Assembly: GCF_021028975.2 (NCBI RefSeq)
Contig: NC_059430.1
Coordinates: forward strand, 44,206,001-44,270,000
Direction: 5' to 3'
DNA length: 64,000 nt
Source: Sphaerodactylus townsendi
Lineage: Eukaryota
Below are positions 57,915 through 64,000 of this stretch, piece by piece. A program made the position numbers and the translations under genes. Below the pieces are notes generated by a model. The model saw only the letters and a list, made by a program, of their open reading frames with translations. It was not told the origin of the DNA and did no database searches. Numbering within the stretch: position 1 is the first letter of the stretch; each line of letters starts with the position of its first letter.

Positions 57915-59814
57915 CAGGAAGGATAGGACAGGGCGTATTGGGGGTGGGGTGGCCCTCTACATCAAAGAGAGCATAGTGTCACATAAAATAAACAATGCAG
58001 GGGGAGCTGATTCCTCTACAGAAGCACTGTGGATATCAATACCAGGGGTGAAGGATAGTTTAACATTAGGAATATATTATCATCCCCCTGACCAAAGCGC
58101 ACAAGAGGATTCTGAGATGGAAAAAAAAATTAGAGAGGCCAACAAAAGCAAAAATGTTCTCACTTTAATATGCAACTTATCCCTGAAATCTGCCTCCGTC
58201 CCTGAAGACTGGAAGATGGTCAATATCATACCAATCTTTAAGAAAGGGTCGGGGGGGGGGGGAGACCCAGGAAATTACAGGCCAGTCAGATAAAATTATT
58301 AAACATGTAGAAAAACAAGACCTGCTGAGGAAGAGTCAGCATGGCTTTTGCAGAGGCAAGTCCTGTCTTACAAACTTACTAGAGCTGTGGTGGCGAACCT
58401 TTGGCACTCCAGATGTTATGAACTACAATTCCCATCAGCCCCTGCCAGCATGACCACCACTGTACTAGAGTTATTTGAGGGTGTAAACAGGCATGTGGAT
58501 AAGGGGGAACCAGTGGACATTGTCTGCTTAGGGTTCCAAAAGGCTTTTGACAAAGTTCCTCACCAGAGACTGTTGAGAAAACTCAGCAATGAAGGAATAA
58601 GAGGGGAAGTCCTCCTATGTATTAAAAATTGGTTGAGGAACAGGAAACAAAGGGTAGGTATAAATAGGAAGTTCTCACAATGGAGAGATGTAGGGAGTGG
58701 TGTCCCCCAAGGATCCGTTTTGGGACCAGTGCTCTTTAACTTATTCATAAATGACCTGGAAGGAGGGGTGGGTAGCGTGGTGGCCAAGTTTGCAGATGAT
58801 ACCAAATTATGTAGGGTGGTGAGAACCATAAAGGCGATTGATCATAAGAGCTCCAAGCAGACCCTTGGATAAATTAGGGGTGAGTGGGCTAAGAAATGGC
58901 AAATGCAGTTCAATGTAGTAAAATGCAAAGTGATGCACATAGGGGCAAAAAATCCAAACTTCACATACACGCTACAAGGGTCAGTGCTATCAGTCACAGA
59001 CAAGGAAAGGGATTTGGGCTTCTTAGTTGATAGTTCCATGGGAATGTCAACTCAATGCATGGTAGCTGTGAAAAAGGCAAACTCTATGCTGGGGATAATT
59101 AGGAAAGGATCATAAAACTGCAAGGATTGCCTATATGCTCCTTTATAGTAGCCGTGGTGCGACTCAAGCTGACTTGGAGTACTGTGTCCAGTTCTGGTCG
59201 CCACATCTCAAAAAAAAAAAGGATACTTGAAGAGATAGAAAAAGTGCAGAGAAGGGCAACGAGGGTGATTGAAGGATTGGAGCTCCTTCCTTATGAGGAG
59301 AGGCTGCAGCATTTGGGACTCTCTAGTTTGGAGAGGAGATGTCTGAGGGGGGATATGATTGAAGTCTATAAAATTATGCATGGGGTAGAAAATGTGGACA
59401 GAGAGAACTTTTTCTCTCTTTCTCACAGTACTAGAACCAGGGGGCATTCATTGAAAATGCTGGGGGGAAGAATTAGGACTAATAAAAGGAAACACTTCTT
59501 CACGCAACGTGTGATTGGTGTTTGGAATATGCTGCCACAGGAGGTGGTGATGGCCACTAACCTGGATAGCTTTAAAAAGGGCTTGGACAGATTTATGGAG
59601 GAGAAGTCGATCTATGGCTACCAAGCTTGATCCTCCTTGATCTCAGATTGCAAATGCCTTAGCAGACCAGGTGCTCAGGAGCAGCAGCAGCAGAAGGCCA
59701 TTGCTTTCACATCCTGCACATGAGCTCCCAAAGGCACCTGGTGGGCCGCTGCGAGTAGCAGAGTGCTGGACTAGGTGGACTGGTCTGATCCAGCAGACTA
59801 GTTCTTATGTTCTT
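57915..59814 (+). mobile_element. CR1 LINE with internal deletions (endonuclease fragment joined to RT)
   Basis: GGGVALYIKE (EN), [13 protein letters not shown] and FADDTKL; tail ttcttatgttctt; very similar to 4171-5930. Confidence 0.95.
58385..58462. mobile_element. hAT MITE inserted in CR1, 8-bp TSD tactagag
   Basis: TSD at 58377-58384 and 58463-58470; the empty site is present in the other CR1 copy (~4633). Confidence 0.9.
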
Positions 59815-61478
59815 AACATTTTGTCTTGATTACTACAGAAATGTTCTCCTTTGAATGTTTTTTTTTTCTTATTCTTGGGTAGCAAAAAGCTAGCATACAT
59901 GTGCTCAGGTTGCATAGGATTTGCATTCCGCTTTTCAGTAATTTGCAGTTTTGCTTTCAAAAAAGGATGTTTCATAAATATGCCAAATACAACTGTACAT
60001 GCTAACTTTATATTGCATTATGCATTTTATATTGTTAAATCATTCAAATAGATGCAGTTTTGATCTATACAGTTTCGAAAATACTGCACATAGTACAATA
60101 CCCCCCCCCCTCTTTTCATTTTTTTCCTAGAAAAAATATGTATTTTCCTCCCAGGGCTCCAAAACTGCTGGAAAATGTATTTACTTAGAAAATGTATTCA
60201 CTTTTCTTCCCAAGCTGTCTTAAAACAATAAAAAATACAATAAAAATAAATGTAGAAATAATAACTAGATTATCTTGAGCCCATCAGTAATGAAACCAGT
60301 TCAAGGGCATACACCTCTGGCTACATCTCAAGTTCATACCTGAAGAAAAGAAGAGTAAACAAAAGCACAGTGTTCCTCCCAGTATATTCTCCTTGCTCTG
60401 ATTGCTGGTTCAAAATGCAGCAAATCACAGGGATGTTGGCAGAACACAAAAGTAAACCAGAGTCAATCTACTGCAGAGAATAGTGGCCAGCCTGAAGTTC
60501 TTAGGGAGGCCCAGTCCAAATATGGTAGCAACAGCTCTCCTGTCTGGTTCTGAGAGAGAGACTGAAGAGAAACTTCCATTGAGCTATGATGGCTAGTAGT
60601 ACCAACCGCAGTGCTCCCAGGCATCTTGCTAATCCCTTTTCACGGCCATGTGAGACGGAATCCATGCATCGCTGGATATCATACAATTGTCGTGCTATAA
60701 CTCCCTCACCTTTTGGATAGTCTTGTTAACCTAGCAAAATCCATCTGTAAATGGCTGTGACATTGCAATGACGGTGCAATATTGGGCAATGTGTTGATGT
60801 AGCCTAGTTCAGCACTGGGTGCATACCTCCTTTATTACTGAAAGTGAGCTGGCTAAGGTAGGTGTAATATTATGTAATATTTACTCACCTGTGGAAACAT
60901 TTCCTTAACACACTTACTTCAGTTTTTGACTCAAACTATATAGTGGGTGACTTTCTCTTCCATAGTGAAACTTGTTTTAGAGTGTTCATTTTCCTCTCAA
61001 TTAGATACCATTAGTCTGAAGTTAAAGCCAATAGAGCATAAAGGAAGCAGAGGCACTACAAGGACCATCACTTTGAAACCAACCTGGAAATTACAGCAAA
61101 ATAGCCTTCCATGAAAGGTACAAATCTATCAATTTAAATGCTATTTTAACAGTTTGTGTCATCACTGGTGTCTATGGTGGGCTAACTAAAAACAACATGG
61201 CAGAGTGAGGAGGAGACAGCATGCAGACGGCAAGTAATGGCATAGCGCAGTCTACTGTAATATTTATTTCTAGGTTGTGTACATCTTCTCTTTTAACACA
61301 GGTACATCCATCTGTTCTGAGGGGGGCATCTTTTCCTACTTACTGTCTCTAAGCAAAGCTGCTCAAGAGTAATTGTGAACAGAAAGTCTTGTTCTCTTGT
61401 GTCTTGCAAACTTGATTCAGACTGTTTTGGAATATACCTGAAACTGATTTTCTCTTTATCCTAGCAGGTGAATTCAGG

Positions 61479-62105
61479 ATGAAAATGCAGCCCTGGTTTC
61501 AAACAGCCCTAAGAAATTTCAATGGAGGGCTATGGAGGGAGAGATTCTGTCTGTATCTGTTGTATCTGAGTAATCTCTTCTTGGTGACTGGTTACATTGC
61601 TTTGCTGTTTTATGCTCTCATCTGGGAGGCTGGGAATATTGTCAGCCTGCCAACCAAGAGAATTGGCTTCTACAACTTCTGCCTGTGGAATGAGGAAGCA
61701 GAAAAACTGGATTGCCTTCTGTTCAAGGACTTAGAAAATATGGGAATCAGCAAAGTTGCATTGATCTTGTCCAGGATCTGTGTCTATTCCACACCAGTGT
61801 TGTGCCTTTATGTCGCCAGTGTCATCTTGCAGACCCTGTGCTTGAAAGACAAAGATGGGTGGAAACTAGCCTGTACTCTGCTGGCTGTTTGTGCTTTCAG
61901 TTTGCCCACTGGTCTCAGCTTGTTTCTCTTCCAGATGCAGAGGTGGGTTCTGATCTCTGAACTTGGTGAGGTTTTTGTAGCCTTAGCTGGGGCCCACGCC
62001 TTGCTCTTGCTCCACACGATCATCATTGGGATGTACCTGGTACGGGTCAAAGATGAGCTTCCTGCGGGACAGTTCGTTCCAGTAAAGAGCATCCTGTATG
62101 TTTAA
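61479..62105 (+). CDS. TMEM140: Transmembrane protein 140 (single coding exon, 208 aa)
   Basis: FYALIWEAGN...LPTKRIGFYNFCLWNE matches the TMEM140 signature; four hydrophobic segments; acceptor ctagcag just upstream (61467); syntenic with AGBL3. Confidence 0.95.
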   Translation: MKMQPWFQTALRNFNGGLWRERFCLYLLYLSNLFLVTGYIALLFYALIWEAGNIVSLPTKRIGFYNFCLWNEEAEKLDCLLFKDLENMGISKVALILSRICVYSTPVLCLYVASVILQTLCLKDKDGWKLACTLLAVCAFSLPTGLSLFLFQMQRWVLISELGEVFVALAGAHALLLLHTIIIGMYLVRVKDELPAGQFVPVKSILYV

Positions 62106-64000
62106 TTACCAAATTCATGCATTTGTGTTAGGCAGTATGTTTAAAGTGCCTTTTGAGCAACACCTGCGCATCGGTATATGTATTCCACTGAGTCAGGTTA
62201 GATGTTAAGTTGCTCTGGGAAATGTGATTTTGCAAGTTAATTAGTTTTGCACTTGGTTTTTCTGAAAGCGGCAGAAGCCAACACTTGGACACATTTTTGC
62301 ACATGGAAATAGTCATCTGCAAAGATTGTCAGTTTAAAAATTACACATGAATATTCGTTGTTTTCTTCACCTTTCCTCCAATAGCTTGCTTTGGGGAAAA
62401 CATGGCTTATAAGTGGCAGAGAGGAAACAATCTGGGTTGCAGTTAAAGCATCCACTCATCCAACAGATTCCTCTGCTTGGCTCACCAAACACCGTGATGG
62501 GCAGCATAAGTAGGTGTATTCAGCAGGGTTGCCTTTCTGGGTCCCAAAAGAGCGGACTATGAAATAGTGTTCTTGTATAGGATGAGCACACCAGGAGAGA
62601 TGTGCTCGGGAGAGATACTCCAATATATTACCTTCTGTCTGCTGTTCTAGAGCAGAAAGGTTGCTTGGTTTGTATTGTAAATGGAACAGGGAAAATATAC
62701 CCTCTCAGAGAATAATAGTGCATTTTACATTAACAGCAGATAACTATGTGGCATTTTCTTGGAAGTGTACAAGCTTGCCTTTGTGTCTAATCTGGCAGTC
62801 CTTGCACTTTCACAAATCACCAAGCGATAACAAGCTTTTACGAGCTGGGCCCCACCAAAGACTGCCATTACTTGAGATCACTATCATCCCTCCCCCCTCT
62901 CCTCTGGCATAGTCTTTTCCTGTTTGTGGTGGAGTGTGGGGAAGTTAACCAATGGTAGGAGCTGCCTTTTTGGCTGCTTGGAAAAGACTGCTGTTGTCTC
63001 TTTGCTTCTCCTAATGAGAGCTCTGGGGAGAGGATTTCTCTGTAGCTGGGCAAACAAATTTGAAGGCTGTTTTTGTGCTAAAAAAAACCTATCAGCATCA
63101 GGGATTGTTTGAAAAGGATAAAACTACAGGTTAAGCAGCACAGTGTTCTATTACTTCCATGTTTAGCAAGTGATTGCCATAATTCATACTGTTTTCAGTT
63201 GATACGGTTGTGTTCTCTAATGTTTAAACCAAAAAAATGACAGTTTACTATTGTTAGGTACACTAACTTTGCTGCCATTTTCAGTTAGTTGGAATGCTGG
63301 TTAAACATTTTAAAGGAAAATTGGCTGATATTTCTGTTTAGTCTCACCATTCAACAAACAGAATTTGTGACTATGAAAAAAACCAAATTATGGCAGGCAA
63401 AGGAGCTCTACTATAGGCTCAAAAAGATGTTCAAGAAATATGAGATGCAAACGTGAATAGGACCATTTCCTCTCAAATCCAGTTAGGATCAGGTTGTAAC
63501 TAGTTAAGGCTTTTCTTGAAAAAAATCTTATATGTTCCAAGCATACAGCTGATCTTGGTTTGGTAACTGATAATACTACCACCTTGATTTATCTATATGC
63601 TGACAAGTAGTCATTGCTCCATAATGAAGGAAGCTTTTCTTTCCCTTTCTTGTGAACAATTTGAAAAGACCCAACCTCTTTCATCTTTTCAGTATAAATG
63701 ACCTAGTCACATTGCAGATTCAAAACAAAAACTTGTTCTCTTGAGAAAAAAATGTTCAAATAAAAGTCTTGTTCACCATTATGTGATATGCTGTGTTTGG
63801 TTTTTTAGAAGCAGAACAAATTTCAGATTGAAGAATTTCTGTAACATTTTGTAGTGGCATTATACATTCTCTGTAATTTTTACAGGGCTGGTTGTGTGTT
63901 CGGTCAATAATTTGCAGGGCTGATTCATACACAGGATGACAATGCATAAGTCTCTGAATCGTGGGCTCTCAATTCCCATGCATGTGGTACCTGATTAGGC

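Noticed and set aside
62106-64000. Expected CYREN (C7orf49) last exon on the minus strand, by synteny
   Set aside because: No KYVREIFF-like C-terminal motif found; the LEHIRFFS in ORF 63388-63582 is not convincing. The gene probably lies beyond the window.

Overview
Vertebrate nuclear DNA, most likely a squamate (the repeat content suggests a gecko; this is inference), with one assembly gap (3735-3888). The window holds a nearly complete + strand multi-exon gene for AGBL3 (cytosolic carboxypeptidase 3/CCP3, an M14D tubulin deglutamylase). I reconstructed 23 phase-consistent coding exons by hand, from ATG 8190 to TAG 52375 (3249 nt, about 1082 aa). The catalytic half is firm and the C-terminal exons are provisional. 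Upstream is a CpG-rich promoter with a perfect RFX X-box. Downstream is TMEM140 (single coding exon, 61479-62105), whose CpG-rich putative promoter has an ISRE-like motif; this matches the AGBL3-TMEM140 order in mammals. The introns are packed with transposons: two CR1 LINEs, L2, Rex1/Babar, BovB, three DIRS fragments, nested hAT MITEs with 8-bp TSDs, a Tigger MITE and SINEs. The most unusual items are (i) palindromic Penelope-derived inserts carrying back-to-back minimal hammerhead-ribozyme motifs, (ii) a foldback repeat array with telomere-like TTAGGG variants, and (iii) a candidate pair of phase-complementary AGBL3 microexons. I found no convincing novel protein-coding system. Most ORFs in the track are transposon debris or chance ORFs.
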